Shown here: positions 63,051-64,000 of the stretch, one piece after another
Numbering within the stretch: the stretch's first letter is position 1
Layout: every line of letters starts with the position of its first letter
Notes under the pieces: generated by a model
Seen by the model: the letters and a program-made list of their open reading frames with translations, nothing else
What the model was told of the DNA's origin: nothing
Databases searched by the model: none
Position numbers and translations under genes: made by a program
DNA from: Squalus acanthias
Lineage: Eukaryota
Length of the DNA: 64,000 nucleotides
Direction: 5' to 3'
NCBI GenBank assembly: GCA_030390025.1
Contig: CM059431.1
Location: 118,484,001-118,548,000 of the forward strand

Positions 63051-63619
63051 CTGATGTAAGAGATGGCAGGTGACGGAGAGATGACGGAAGCAAATCTGTC
63101 AATGGTGGGAGAGGTTGTTCCAATGAGGTGGCACTGGATAGAGAGTTGGCTCAAAACACTTGCAAGCTGCACAAATATATGTCTTCCAAATGCAGTAACC
63201 AACAGTTTCTGAGCTCTTAAAGTGAACAGCTACAACATGGTATCCTTTATACAACTTCTGCAGCTGTCAGGCAATCAGATAATTCAACGCAGACTCAACT
63301 CAGGACATGCTGAGCTGACGTGTTCCCCGAGCAGCAGGTAACCCATGGGGGAGCACGTAAAATTGAAATGTAGGCTTAAAATAACAGTTAATTGGATGTT
63401 AACAACCCATGTAATGATGTGAATTGCCTCCCCCGTCGGGTTCCCTACCCGCTGTCAATCTTTGCTATTTTGACAGCTGACCCGCCTCCAAACCTGCCCT
63501 CTGAGCGCCGGCAAAATTCAGCCCTTAGAATTCCAATGAGACACTCTATGGAATCAGATTTCCATGGCATTTTGTTTTTAATCCCAATCATTTCAATTTT
63601 ATTTTAAATTTTTCACATT

Positions 63620-64000
63620 GGCCCAGAAATTCGGCTCCCTGGCTTCCCGCGGGTGCAAGGATCCCGCGCGCACCTACCTACCGCGCCTGCCGTTGACCTC
63701 TGGGCCCACGGGGACTTCGGCTCCTGGGCCTCCCCCAACTGCCAGCGCGCAGTGCTTGTATATCCCAGGGGCGTAGTTTGTGCGATGCATCCCCTGGGAT
63801 CACGTGGGCCATGGAGAGCCAATGGCAGCAGACCATCTTTCATTCATAGATTTGACAGGACCTGTCAAATCTATGAATTGAAATCGGCCCCAAAACAACA
63901 CCTAAACTTCAAATAATTTTTTTTTTTAAACCATCACATTTTTAAAATAACTATAAGTTAAATAATTTAACTACTTTAAACAAAAATTTAAATTTTTTAA
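63620..64000. mobile_element. Harbinger-type MITE related to 26024-26778, runs off window end
   Basis: Starts GGCCCAGAAATTC after ATT; 63790-63960 resembles the reverse complement of 26440-26610. Confidence 0.75.

Larger units (their letters stand above)
59364..63524. mobile_element. Full-length-type PIF/Harbinger transposon (about 4.2 kb), inactivated
   Basis: TIRs GGCTACGATTTCGCCG and CGGCAAAATTCAGCCC; flanks TAA/TTA; convergent Myb and transposase genes. Confidence 0.92.

Overview
This is eukaryotic, repeat-dominated genomic DNA, most likely from a cartilaginous fish (inferred from SacSINE1-like DeuSINEs, dense CR1 LINEs, and shark-type Penelope and Harbinger repeats). I could not support any host protein-coding exon. 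The window is a stack of nested mobile elements: about 12 CR1 LINE pieces (one with an uninterrupted 573-aa RT ORF); about 13 PIF/Harbinger pieces (two-gene Myb + transposase elements and MITEs); DeuSINEs, an RTE 3' end and a Vingi/Ingi-like LINE; solo LTRs; and a Penelope-like element with inverted pseudo-LTRs carrying minimal hammerhead ribozymes. The most interesting signal is a pair of related defective LTR retroelements (32747-39696 and about 12320-15374, minus strand). They carry homologous class-I-fusion-type env remnants and share a 1-1.5 kb AT-rich non-coding module where gag-pol should be, yet they have different LTRs and different primer binding sites (tRNA-Lys3 versus tRNA-Leu). 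All calls were made by eye. Boundaries not marked by a TSD or TIR are approximate.
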